Shown here: piece by piece, positions 11,282 through 20,482 of the stretch
Layout: the number at the start of each line of letters is the position of its first letter
Position numbering within the stretch: position 1 is the first letter of the stretch
DNA from: Phycisphaerae bacterium
Lineage (GTDB): Bacteria; Planctomycetota; Phycisphaerae; UBA1845; Fen-1342
Reading direction: 5' to 3'
DNA length: 64,000 bases
NCBI GenBank assembly: GCA_050115495.1
Contig: JASFQK010000028.1
Coordinates: forward strand, 27,623 to 91,622
The notes under the pieces: generated by a model
Database searches by the model: none
Told to the model about the DNA's origin: nothing
The model's input: the letters and a program-made list of their open reading frames with translations, nothing else
Program-made: the position numbers and the translations under genes

Positions 11282-11989
11282 TCACAGCGGCCGTTTCCCC
11301 GTCCGCCACGGCGGTCGCGGCAATCCCGCCCGCAGCCGCCGCTCCTTCTCGTACACCACGATCACCCGTTCGTGCTCGACTTCCGGCGTGGCGTACGCCC
11401 GCGTCTCCCGATGCCGCATCCCGCACAGCCGGGCCGCCTGCTCCGCCGCCCCGATCTCCTCCTCACACGCCGGCCGCGTCTTGAACAGCCAGCACACCCC
11501 GCCCGGCCGCACGAACCCCGCCGACCATTCCACCAGCAGCGACAGCGCCCCCACCGCCCGGCACGTCACCGCGTCGTACACCTCGCGATGTCCCGGCTCG
11601 TGCGCCAGCGTCTCCGCCCGCCCCCAGGCCAGCCGCACGTTCTCCAACCCCACGCCCCGCACGATCCGCTCCACCGCCGTCACTTTCTTCCGCGTGGCGT
11701 CGACCAGCGTCACCTCCACATCGCCACACACACACGCGATCGGCACCCCCGGCAGTCCCCCACCCGAACCCAGGTCCAGCAGCCGCCCCGGCTTGCTCTC
11801 GGCGATCAGCGGCAGCAGCGCCAGGCTGTCGCAGACGTGCTTGCGCCACACGCCCGCTTCGTCACGCACCGATGTCAGGTTGATGCCCCCCTGCGTCTCC
11901 TCGACGAGCAGCGTTACGAACCGCGCCAATCGCGCGTACGCCCCCTCGTCCACCACCAGACCCGCCGCCGCCAGCTCCGCGTGCGTCAT
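11282..11989 (-). CDS. rsmG: 16S rRNA (guanine527-N7)-methyltransferase
   Basis: INLTSVRD, KHVCDSL, LDLGSGGGLPG, RAE, TCRAV; ATG overlaps upstream stop (ATGA). Confidence 0.92.
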   Translation of the reverse strand: MTHAELAAAGLVVDEGAYARLARFVTLLVEETQGGINLTSVRDEAGVWRKHVCDSLALLPLIAESKPGRLLDLGSGGGLPGVPIACVCGDVEVTLVDATRKKVTAVERIVRGVGLENVRLAWGRAETLAHEPGHREVYDAVTCRAVGALSLLVEWSAGFVRPGGVCWLFKTRPACEEEIGAAEQAARLCGMRHRETRAYATPEVEHERVIVVYEKERRLRAGLPRPPWRTGKRPL

Positions 11990-13041
11990 CGCTCGCCCGA
12001 CCGCACGCCCACCACTTTCGGCGCCGCGTGCCGCACCCGCCCCCGATCCAGCAGAAACGTCGGCAGGCTCATCAGCACGCCCCACGGATGGTACAACGCC
12101 TCGATCTCCCCCCGGCAGTTGTACCAGCACGCCCGGCACGTCTCCCGCGCCTTGTCCCGCCGCAGACGTCGCACGATCTCCTGCGCCGAATGCTCGAACA
12201 GGTTCGCCACCGGCTGACCACGTTCCTCGACGCACGCCGCAATGCCGCCGGTCGAGTCGATATTGAAGAACCCGCGTCCCGCCTGGCAGCCCGGCACGCC
12301 GCCGTCCAGCGCCTTGTCAAACTGTGACAAGAAGTGCGGGTTGCTGAGAAAGTTCGGGTACTTCCGCCGCAACGCCAGCAGGTGGCTCGCCACCGTCCCG
12401 CCGTACGCCTGCGTGAACCGCCGTGAGCCCGTCTTCCGCACGCCGTACGGCTGCACCATGAAGTACGCCCCGCGGTCGGCGGCCATCTGGATCATGGGCT
12501 CGATCTGATCGAGGTTGTCCTCCATCAGCACGGCCATCCAATTCACGCGTTGCCACGATTCCCGCCGTACACCGGCGAAGTGCTCGATCGCCCGCAGCGC
12601 CCGGGCATGCGCCCCCGGCATCCCACGCCGCTGGTCGTGCCGCTCCGCGTCCGCATAATCGATGCTGATCGACACCCCCCACAGACCGGCGGCGTACAGG
12701 TCTTCCGCCAGCCCCTGGTTCACGAACCACCCGTTCGTCGTCACGAACGGCAGGTGCCACTCCGCCACCGCCTCGACGATCTCCACGATGTCCGGGCGAA
12801 TCAGCGGCTCGCCCCCCGCCAGGCTCACCAGAATCGCGCCGAGCTCGCTCAGTTTCCGCGAACCGGCGCGAAAATCCGCCACGCTCAGTTCCGGCTCGTC
12901 CCCCATCGGGTCGCACCAGTAGTGACAGAATGAGCACCGGAAGTTGCACCGATAATTCACCTGCCACGCGCACCACACCGGATGCCCGCTGATCCACGCC
13001 CGCGCCAGTTGAGCCTTCTTCCGAAACGTCGACCGCGCCAC
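11986..13041 (-). CDS. Radical SAM protein with SPASM/twitch-like C-terminus
   Basis: CNFRCSFC, AGGEP, TTNG; C-terminal CQAG...C...CRACWYNC; GTG start after AGGAG. Confidence 0.88.
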   Translation of the reverse strand: MARSTFRKKAQLARAWISGHPVWCAWQVNYRCNFRCSFCHYWCDPMGDEPELSVADFRAGSRKLSELGAILVSLAGGEPLIRPDIVEIVEAVAEWHLPFVTTNGWFVNQGLAEDLYAAGLWGVSISIDYADAERHDQRRGMPGAHARALRAIEHFAGVRRESWQRVNWMAVLMEDNLDQIEPMIQMAADRGAYFMVQPYGVRKTGSRRFTQAYGGTVASHLLALRRKYPNFLSNPHFLSQFDKALDGGVPGCQAGRGFFNIDSTGGIAACVEERGQPVANLFEHSAQEIVRRLRRDKARETCRACWYNCRGEIEALYHPWGVLMSLPTFLLDRGRVRHAAPKVVGVRSGER

Positions 13042-13272
13042 TACCCCAACTCCTGTCGGCCGTCGCCCTCGCTCTCGGCGGCGGCAATCTCGCGAATCGT
13101 ACACGTCTGATATCGTTTAAGACAGCCAGTGCGGCCCGAGGCGACTCGTAATGTCGCCAAAACCGCTCCCAAGCACAATGCCCCCGCCGGCCGTCTCCCG
13201 CGATCGCGGATTTTCTAAAGCCCCACCCCGCCCACACCGATGGAATCAGTGCTGACTACCCTCCTTACTCTC

Positions 13273-13314
13273 CTACACGGGGAAGCGTGAACAACGCTTC
13301 CCCGTGTAGTTTTT
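13273..13314 (+). terminator. Intrinsic terminator-like hairpin
   Basis: Perfect 16-bp stem CTACACGGGGAAGCGT / ACGCTTCCCCGTGTAG followed by TTTTT on +. Confidence 0.75.
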
Positions 13315-14260
13315 ACACAACGCCGCGACCCGCTTGCCGCACGTCGCGCCACGCCGGCGCCGGCAGCTTCTCCACTCGCTGCCGAAACGCCTCGAATTCC
13401 TCGTCGCTGCCCGGCACGTTCACGCCGTCCAGCAGCCACCAGTGTTCGACGTGCTCGATGCTCGCCCCCGGCTCCAATCGAACGAGCGGACCCAGACTTT
13501 CAAGCTCCAGCATGTCTGCGTTTGTGAACGCCTCGATCACGCTGCCGCGATCCGGGTACGTCTTCCCCTCCTCCACCGTGACCCGCTTCACAAACGCCCG
13601 CCCGCGATTCACATACGCCGCCCACCCCGGCGGACCGGCCAACCCGATCTTCTGCGGCCTGCTCGCCGACGCCTCCTGCCACAGCAGCGCGTGCCGCCGA
13701 CCCCAGCTCCACCGGGCATCCGCCGGCTCCGTGTACGCCCAGATCACCAGCGCATTCGTCGGCAGCAGCTCCGCCGGATGACATCCCGCCGGCGGCAACG
13801 GCAGTATCGCCACGCCACCCGGAGCCATCACCGACAGCGCCCACGGGGCCAACTCCGGCGTGTCCTGCCCCGCGTTGGTCAGCCGATGCGTCACCGTCGC
13901 AGCCGGCTGATCGGGCGCCAGCCGTACCTCGACCTCCTTGCGGATACCGGTCAGACTCTCGACCGGCTGTACAGCGCGCAACCCACCCGGGCAGGCGCTG
14001 ATCTCGACCGGCGCGTTGTCCGCGACGTACGTGCGGACCGGATGCTCCGGAGCGTGCCACAGGCGATGGCCGCCGTACGCTCGCCAGATTCCGTCGCCGG
14101 TGTGCCCGGCCTGATTGTCGAAGACCTTGAATTCGTTATCGCCGCCGACGCGTCCGAACCGGATGATCCGCGGGCCGACGTCGCCGGTGACGACCGCCTC
14201 GACCAAACCGTTCGACAATCGGCAGCAATTCTCCCAACCATGACAGGATACGCGTTCCAT
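13313..14260 (-). CDS. Conserved hypothetical protein (DUF4380 / galactose-mutarotase-like)
   Basis: VGPRIIRFG, YGGHRLWHAPE, APWALSVM, LELESLGP; downstream of xylB. Confidence 0.7.
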   Translation of the reverse strand: MERVSCHGWENCCRLSNGLVEAVVTGDVGPRIIRFGRVGGDNEFKVFDNQAGHTGDGIWRAYGGHRLWHAPEHPVRTYVADNAPVEISACPGGLRAVQPVESLTGIRKEVEVRLAPDQPAATVTHRLTNAGQDTPELAPWALSVMAPGGVAILPLPPAGCHPAELLPTNALVIWAYTEPADARWSWGRRHALLWQEASASRPQKIGLAGPPGWAAYVNRGRAFVKRVTVEEGKTYPDRGSVIEAFTNADMLELESLGPLVRLEPGASIEHVEHWWLLDGVNVPGSDEEFEAFRQRVEKLPAPAWRDVRQAGRGVV

Positions 14261-14297
14261 GTCCGCCCTCGCCTCGCAGGACAATGGGATGTCGGAT

Positions 14298-15851
14298 CTA
14301 TGCTTGCGGCGACAGCGTTGTCGCCGTGTGGGTGATCGCTGCAAACTGCATGGCCAGCGCCGGATACAGCGCCCGATAGTGCGGGTAGTAGCTCGCGTAC
14401 ACGCCGACCGCCGGCCCGGGGGCGCAGCGCTGCGTCACGCGCACGGCTCGCTCACAGGCCTGGCCAACGCTGGTATACACGCCGAGGCCGACGCCCGCCA
14501 GCAGCGCCGCCCCGTACGCCGCCCCCTGCGTCACGTTCACCGTGACGATCTCGGCGTCGAACACGTCGGCGAGCATCTGCCGCCAGAGCGGGCTGCGCGC
14601 GCCACCGCCCGAGGCCCGCACCTGCCGGATCGACAGCCCCAGTCCGCGCATCAGTTCGAGCGAATCGCGCAGGCCGTACGTGATGCCCTCCATCACCGCC
14701 CGCGTCATGTGGGCCCGCGTGTGCCGCAACGTCAGACCGCAGAAAACGCCGCGGGCGTTCGGATCCGGATGGGGCGTCCGCTCGCCGCTGAGATACGGCA
14801 GGAACAGCAGCCCCTCGCAACCCGCCGGCGCTTCCGCCGCCGACTCCGTCAGCAGCTCGTACGGATCGCGGCCGGCCTGCTCCGCGGCGGCACATTCACT
14901 CCGGCCGACCTGATCGCGATACCACCGGAAGCTCCCGCCGGCAGCCAGCATCACGCCCATCAGGTGCCACATCCCCGGCACCGCATGGCAGAACGCGTGC
15001 AGCCGGCCCTCCGGCTCCGGCCGATACGCCCCGCAGCCGGCGAACACCACCCCCGACGTCCCCAGCGTCACCGAAACGACGCCTTCCGCCGCGATACCCG
15101 TCCCCACGGCCTGGGCCGCCTGGTCGCCGCCGCCGCCCACCACCGGCGTACCGGCCACGAGCCCCGTCTCCGCCGCCGCCTGGGCGCTGATTTTCGCACT
15201 GGCCACCGGCGATTCGGTCACCTCCGGCAACCACGCTCGCGGAATGTCCAGCGCCGCCAACATCTCGTCTGACCAGCAGCGCCGCCCCACGTCAAACAGC
15301 GACGTGCCCGACGCATCGGACACTTCGCCGAAATGCTCGCCGGTCAGGCGGTAGCGCAGGTAGTCCTTCGGCAGCAGCACGTGTGCCGCCCGGTCGTAGA
15401 CACCCCGCTCGTTCTCCCGCACCCAGACGATCTTCGGCGCCGTGAATCCCGGCAGCACCGGGTTACCCGTTAGCTCGATCAGCCGGCGGGCCCCCACCCG
15501 CTCGGTAATCGCTGCACACTGCGCCGCCGTGCGCTGATCGTTCCACATGATGCACGGCCGCAGCACGCGCCCCTGCCCGTCCAGCAGCACCAGCCCGTGC
15601 ATCTGCCCGGTCAGCCCGACGCCGACCACCTGTCGCCCCTCGACGCCGGCCTGTTCGAGCACTGCCCGAATGCTCGTCACCGTCGCCGACCACCACGTCT
15701 CCGGGTCCTGCTCGGCCCACAGCGGCCGCGGCGTGGACAGCGGATACTCCGTCGTCGCTTCCCCACGAACCTCCCCGCCGGCGTCGATCAGCAGCGCCTT
15801 GCTGCCCGTCGTGCCAACGTCAATACCAAGCAGATACCCATCGTGGGACAT
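14298..15851 (-). CDS. xylB: Xylulokinase (FGGY kinase)
   Basis: GIDVGTTGSK, GLTGQMHG, WNDQR, GGGDQAA, PYLSGERTP. Confidence 0.93.
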   Translation of the reverse strand: MSHDGYLLGIDVGTTGSKALLIDAGGEVRGEATTEYPLSTPRPLWAEQDPETWWSATVTSIRAVLEQAGVEGRQVVGVGLTGQMHGLVLLDGQGRVLRPCIMWNDQRTAAQCAAITERVGARRLIELTGNPVLPGFTAPKIVWVRENERGVYDRAAHVLLPKDYLRYRLTGEHFGEVSDASGTSLFDVGRRCWSDEMLAALDIPRAWLPEVTESPVASAKISAQAAAETGLVAGTPVVGGGGDQAAQAVGTGIAAEGVVSVTLGTSGVVFAGCGAYRPEPEGRLHAFCHAVPGMWHLMGVMLAAGGSFRWYRDQVGRSECAAAEQAGRDPYELLTESAAEAPAGCEGLLFLPYLSGERTPHPDPNARGVFCGLTLRHTRAHMTRAVMEGITYGLRDSLELMRGLGLSIRQVRASGGGARSPLWRQMLADVFDAEIVTVNVTQGAAYGAALLAGVGLGVYTSVGQACERAVRVTQRCAPGPAVGVYASYYPHYRALYPALAMQFAAITHTATTLSPQA

Positions 15852-16022
15852 AACCCTTCAGCCTCCCACCACCCGCGCACCTTCACCACCGTTGGTGGCC
15901 TGCCATCAGCCGTCAGCCGTCAGCAACCGCACGGTGTGCCACTGCTCTTGAGCAGTGCTCTTCATCCGCGCGACCAAGGCAACGCGCGCCAGAAACCACC
16001 AGCCGACGCAGAAGATCAGCCC

Positions 16023-17069
16023 CTACGGCTCCTTCTTCTCCGCCTCCGGAACCTTCATCGCGTCCTTCACCTTCACAAACGGCCACTGCTCATGCCGATA
16101 CGCTTCAAAGTCCTTGATGTCCTCCCACTGTCCGAAGATCCGCGTGCCCGGCGTCGGATAGTTATCGAGCACCCAACGTTCCCCCCGCAGCAGCAGCGAC
16201 GCGTTCGGCTCGGACACGCCGAGCTGCGTCAGCTCCTCCCCGGTCAACGACGTCCGTTGCAGCTTGCGCACCGCCTGGGCGTGCCCGTCGGCGTACGCCG
16301 CGTTCGACATCAGGGCATCGCCGTGCCAGCCCTTCAACTGTCTCGCTTCCTTCGCATCGACGGACGTCTGCCGCGCCATCTCGAACAGCAGTGGCTCGGC
16401 GAAGACGACCAGCCTCGCCGGGTTCGCCAGCCACGACGCATGCTGCCCCCACGGACCCAGCGACAGCGCCTCGCCGTTCTCGCGATACAGCGCGTGCATG
16501 TTCGCCGGGTAGCTGCTGCCCAGAATGTTGTAGCATGGGCGCTTGGCGTTTGCCCGCGGCACACCGTCGATCAGCTTGCTCTTCGGATAGCCCGTATCCG
16601 CCGGGCAATGGAAGATTGCCAGGTCCGTTCCCTCCTCGAACCCCTTCTCAGGGCGGTACAGGTAGTTGTTGAGCGGCCGGGTATTGACGGCGTAGGCCGC
16701 CCCCGGCGTGCCCCGTCCCCACCCGGGCACGTTGTTGAGCTGCACCGCCTCGTTCGGCCCGATGCGCAACGTATGCGTCGCCGACCGCCCGCCGTAGCTG
16801 TACGCGTGCACTGTCTGCCAGTACGGCTTGGTGCTCGGCTCGATCATCTTCGGGTGAATCGGGATGATGAGCTCGTTCCGGTCGTCGGCGGCGTACGAGT
16901 GCACTGCCACGGCGATCGAGCGAAGGTTGCTGAGACACTTGGCCTCGGCGTCGTCACTCTTCGTCTGCTGCAGAATGGGCAGCAGCACGACCGCCAGCAC
17001 GCCCACCGCCGACACCGACACGAGCAACTCCACCACGCTCGCCCCGACCCGTCCGTTTCGCTGCAACAT
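16023..17069 (-). CDS. Planctomycete prepilin-like / H-X-DG (DUF1559-related) protein
   Basis: GASVVELLVSV + TM helix, KCLSNLRSI, FHCPAD, WHG...NAAYADGHA. Confidence 0.8.
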   Translation of the reverse strand: MLQRNGRVGASVVELLVSVSAVGVLAVVLLPILQQTKSDDAEAKCLSNLRSIAVAVHSYAADDRNELIIPIHPKMIEPSTKPYWQTVHAYSYGGRSATHTLRIGPNEAVQLNNVPGWGRGTPGAAYAVNTRPLNNYLYRPEKGFEEGTDLAIFHCPADTGYPKSKLIDGVPRANAKRPCYNILGSSYPANMHALYRENGEALSLGPWGQHASWLANPARLVVFAEPLLFEMARQTSVDAKEARQLKGWHGDALMSNAAYADGHAQAVRKLQRTSLTGEELTQLGVSEPNASLLLRGERWVLDNYPTPGTRIFGQWEDIKDFEAYRHEQWPFVKVKDAMKVPEAEKKEP

Positions 17070-17095
17070 CGCTTCGTCTCCTGTCTCGCTCCGTA

Positions 17096-17830
17096 TCAGA
17101 CCTTCAGCAACACCGCCACGTACCCCGGGCCGCCGGACTCGTACACCCGCCCGAGCCGCCAACCGGTCCCATCGATCAGTGTCGTGAGCTCGCTCTGCGA
17201 AAGAAAGAGGTAGTTGAACCAGGGCGTGGCATATGTCCGATAACGCACACGAATCCGGATCTGCCCAGACATTCTGCCGGCCCGCCGATTCCGCCGCTGA
17301 TACGCGAGGTGCACCGGCTCGCTTGTCTGGTACGGATCGATCGTCTCCCCGACGATCCGCCCGCCCTCGCGGGTCAGGCCGTGCAGGCGTTTCAGCAGCC
17401 GCCGCCCGCCCGTCGGCGAGCCCAGCAGCGCCAGGTTGTTCCCGTACATCACAATACTGTCGAACGCGCCCAACCGCCGATCAACCTGCGTGATGGATAG
17501 TTCGCGGACCTGCTTCACGCCCCGCTCCCGGCAGACCCGCACCGCCAGTGGCGACGTGTCCACGCCAACGACGTCGTGCCCCTTCTGCTGGAGGTGCAGC
17601 GCCACGCGGCCCGCCCCGCAGCCCACGTCCAGCACACGGCCCCGCACCTGCGACAGGCCGCGCCGCTGAAACGCCGGCCACCGCTTCGGCTCAGCCCAGT
17701 ACATCTCGGCCAGGCCGTCCGCGTCGACGTTACCGTCGTCACGCTCCACGACCGGGATGGCCTGCTGCCCGCGGAGGCGGTCCAGCAAGGCCTGCCCGAA
17801 CGCATCCTGGCTTCGCCGCATTCTGCTCAT
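17096..17830 (-). CDS. Class I SAM-dependent methyltransferase
   Basis: DAFGQAL, ERDDG, VLDVGCGAGR, WFNYL. Confidence 0.85.
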   Translation of the reverse strand: MSRMRRSQDAFGQALLDRLRGQQAIPVVERDDGNVDADGLAEMYWAEPKRWPAFQRRGLSQVRGRVLDVGCGAGRVALHLQQKGHDVVGVDTSPLAVRVCRERGVKQVRELSITQVDRRLGAFDSIVMYGNNLALLGSPTGGRRLLKRLHGLTREGGRIVGETIDPYQTSEPVHLAYQRRNRRAGRMSGQIRIRVRYRTYATPWFNYLFLSQSELTTLIDGTGWRLGRVYESGGPGYVAVLLKV

Positions 17831-18713
17831 TGACGCGATCTCCGACGACTGGACTCGCATCGTCCTCGGTTCATCGGGGCAATGCAAGCGTCGCCGGCGG
17901 CGCCCCCGAAAGGGCCAAGGCCTTGATCAACGGCATGTGCACCGCTAACGTATACGTAGAGCGGGAGAGGTACGGAACAGGGAGCCTCACGGCCTCTCCG
18001 GCCCGGAACGGTGGTGCGCTGGGTCCACTGTCCGCTCTCGACGGGGATCGGAGGGAAACTGGCAGCCACCGCTCACCCAGCAGCCGCCCGCGCCGCCGCT
18101 ACCGCGGCCGCGGGCGGCTGTGCATTTGTAGGGGGCCGGCGTTCGCTCTCCACAACATTTTGGCGCCGCGCAAAAGAAGTCTGAATGTCCCCTCGATAGC
18201 CTACCCGCCATGACGAAGTGGCCTGGGGCCTCAGGCTCCCTGGCACCGCCCTCTCGTCATGACCTCCTCCGCGGGCGGCCCGGCGCGCATGCGGGTCGCC
18301 CGTGCTCCTTTCCACGCCGAACCTGCCCTGCCGACATTTCGGACCAGAAACAGTAGTCGTCACGCGCGCAGGTTATCGACCTTGAACCCCCGTGCGCGCT
18401 CTCGTTATACTGCCATGGTCGAGTATTGACCTGTGCGACGCCGTTAGCTGCAAATGGCTTCCTCTGTTTCCTCTGTCGCACGGGACCACCTCGATCTATC
18501 CCTCTGGCGGCGCCCGCGGTCGTAATCCGATCGCGGGCGTCCGCTATTTGGGACTGCGCCCGCCGCTCCAAATCATTTTGTGTCCAAGATTAGGTAATTC
18601 TCCCGATAGGCGCCGGCCCTCCTGACTTGCTAGGCTGGTTCCACTGTTGAACCGGCTGCTCTCGGGTTGGGGGGCCCGTGTGGGGGACCAAGCGGGGGCG
18701 CGCGGGGGAACGA

Positions 18714-18754
18714 GCCGCCTGCGTGCCCCCGCCGGGGTCGCAGGCGGCATTTTT
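18714..18754 (+). terminator. Intrinsic terminator-like hairpin
   Basis: GCCGCCTGCG ... CGCAGGCGGC followed by ATTTTT. Confidence 0.6.
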
Positions 18755-18873
18755 CTTCCGCCCTTTCTGCCACGTTGCCGGCGACTCGAACTGGCCCGCG
18801 CTCTCGCGGCGCGTCGCCTGTAGCCGAGGTCCACGGTCGGGTAGCATCTCTGCCGCCGGCGTTGCTCAGCCAG

Positions 18874-19089
18874 GCAGGGCGGGTTCCACCCGCCGCGGCG
18901 TCCTGCGTCGGGGCGCACACGTCGAGTCGGCGGCGTCCTGGCCTGTGAACGCTCGGCGGGCAGAGCCTGTCCTAGAATCTGTGAACGCTGCTGGTGAAGT
19001 CGTAGGGCGGGCTTCGCTCGCCGTTTGTGGCGGAGGCGGAAAGACGCGGGATCCGCGCGGCCACGTGCAGCCGGCGTGGCCCGCCCTAC
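18874..19089. repeat. GTAG-type REP elements (three copies, last two inverted)
   Basis: GCAGGGCGGGTTCCACCCGCC 18874-18894; GTAGGGCGGGCTTCGCTCGCC 19002-19022; inverted GCCCGCCCTAC ending 19089. Confidence 0.6.
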
Positions 19090-19099
19090 CATCTGCTCT

Positions 19100-19372
19100 C
19101 TATGTCCTGGCCGCCCGACCTTCTCTCAGCAGGTCGGCGACGAAGTCGGAGACAATCTCCGCGCCGAGCGAAGCCAGACGCTCCTCCACGTCATCGGCGA
19201 AGCATTCGAGTATTCCCTTGTCGGCCAGCAAGTCCACGACGCGATGGTGCAGACGGCGCATCAAGTTGCGATCTCGCCGGACCTCGTCGGGCAGTACGAC
19301 ATTGATACGGCCCCGGTCGTCCTCCTCGGCGTGCTCGGCCATGACTTGAAGGAGCCTCGATTTTCTAGCCAC
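19100..19372 (-). CDS. Small hypothetical protein (90 aa), overlapping the HNH gene
   Basis: GTG start after AAGGAGGAGG, overlapping the HNH stop; MARKSRLLQVMAEHAEEDDRGR... Confidence 0.6.
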   Translation of the reverse strand: MARKSRLLQVMAEHAEEDDRGRINVVLPDEVRRDRNLMRRLHHRVVDLLADKGILECFADDVEERLASLGAEIVSDFVADLLREGRAART

Positions 19373-19712
19373 GGGCCACCTCCTCCTTTGGCCCACGGAT
19401 GGCGTGGGGGAGAATACTGAAGTGGCCTTCGGCGACGCAGACCTCGATCGTTCGAAATATCGGCTTGTGGACCAGCAGGTGGCACGATTTACACAGGAAA
19501 ACGAAGCGATCGGGGCGAATGGGCGGGACGTGATGGATGGTCAGGTTCTCCGTCGAGCCGCAGGCGATGCACGGCGTGATCTCGACGCGGCCGGTCCTGA
19601 CCAGCCGAACGGACTTCCGCCGCAAGCGGTTGCGTTTCCGCTGACGGTGTTTGGCGCCCTTCCCCCGGCGTTTTAATTGGATGGGATCCCCGGTACTATT
19701 GACGGCAACCAT
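19365..19712 (-). CDS. Small HNH-type endonuclease (phage-like)
   Basis: Basic N-terminus then CIACGS...LTIHH...LCKSCHLLVH; strong AAGGAGG RBS. Confidence 0.75.
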   Translation of the reverse strand: MVAVNSTGDPIQLKRRGKGAKHRQRKRNRLRRKSVRLVRTGRVEITPCIACGSTENLTIHHVPPIRPDRFVFLCKSCHLLVHKPIFRTIEVCVAEGHFSILPHAIRGPKEEVARG

Positions 19713-19803
19713 CTGCACCTCCTTGGGGTGTAGCTTGGCCAGAGCCGGGTCGGTGTTCCACCACCTTCTCGGCTCGCCTTGCGCATAGGCGGAGCCACCG
19801 TGT

Positions 19804-19915
19804 GACTAAGTAGCACAGGCCGCAGCGCCGCTAGGGCGCACTGGACAGGCTCACGATGACTCCGCACGCTCCGATTGTCTTAAGAAAGGCATAACGCAAC
19901 CTGTTCTACTTAGTC
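19804..19915 (-). ncRNA. Candidate structured leader/ncRNA upstream of the HNH gene
   Basis: GACTAAGTAG/CTACTTAGTC perfect terminal stem extended by ACAGG/CCTGT and G-U pairs on the minus strand; begins near the predicted +1. Confidence 0.5.
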
Positions 19916-19922
19916 GTAGGTA

Positions 19923-19951
19923 AGTATGCCCGATAAACGCGTACAAGTCAA
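19923..19951 (-). promoter_or_regulatory. Sigma70-type promoter
   Basis: TTGACT-17 nt-CATACT with an upstream T-tract. Confidence 0.65.
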
Positions 19952-20030
19952 GAAAAACCACCCAAAAATGTTCCTAACGAAATACAGCGCGGGCTATACC
20001 CGCCGGATTTCCTGGCGGACATAGCCCGCC

Positions 20031-20338
20031 CTGCATCGCTACCGCAACGCCCACATCGACATGTGCTGGGCGTGGATGCCTCGACGCAGTTCCTGAAGGG
20101 CTACCTGCTGGCCGCCACGTCGAACAGAGTCTTCATCTTCGGCGGCGATTACATCCCCGTGGAGTGCGTCCTCGGCCACGCCCGCCAGAGCGTCGCCCGC
20201 GCCCTCGGCGCACTCGTCGACGAAGGCTACCTCACCCGCAGCGACGCCCCCGCCCCGGTCGCCCCCCTCCTCCACACCAACGCCCACCGCCTCTACCACC
20301 TCCCGGCCAAAACGGACAACCTCAAGCACGCCCCGTAG
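20031..20338 (+). pseudogene. 3' remnant of an amidohydrolase-family gene
   Basis: YRNAHIDMCWAW, then frameshift to ASTQFLKGYL...FIFGGDYIPVECVLGHA...LVDEGYL...NAHRLY; no 5' part or start. Confidence 0.6.
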
Positions 20339-20482
20339 GCGTGAGCTGACGGGTCTTCCACCCGAATTGCCCAGCGGCCCCGGTCAGGAATCCTTGCTCT
20401 TCACGGAAACACTTCTGACGGACACGCCTGCTCTCGTTGCAGTGTCGCCGTCCTCACCTTTCTGGAGTGAAGTAGATTACCA

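Noticed and set aside
5716..12217. Very long plus-strand ORFs (902 aa, 1068 aa; likewise 45921-48182 and 56773-59670)
   Set aside because: Arg/Pro-rich antisense shadows of well-supported minus-strand genes in high-GC DNA.
17943..18450. Integron attC-like ends (CGCTAAC ... GTTAGC)
   Set aside because: Too far apart, no matching L boxes, no intI.
18544..19092. 182-aa minus-strand ORF following the HNH operon
   Set aside because: Low-complexity Arg/Pro/Ala sequence that reads through REP elements and a terminator-like hairpin.
19365..19915. IscB/omegaRNA, retron, 6S or SRP RNA identity for the leader
   Set aside because: The protein has no RuvC or RT; the RNA lacks the SRP GGAA/AGCAG motif and the stem region is short for 6S.
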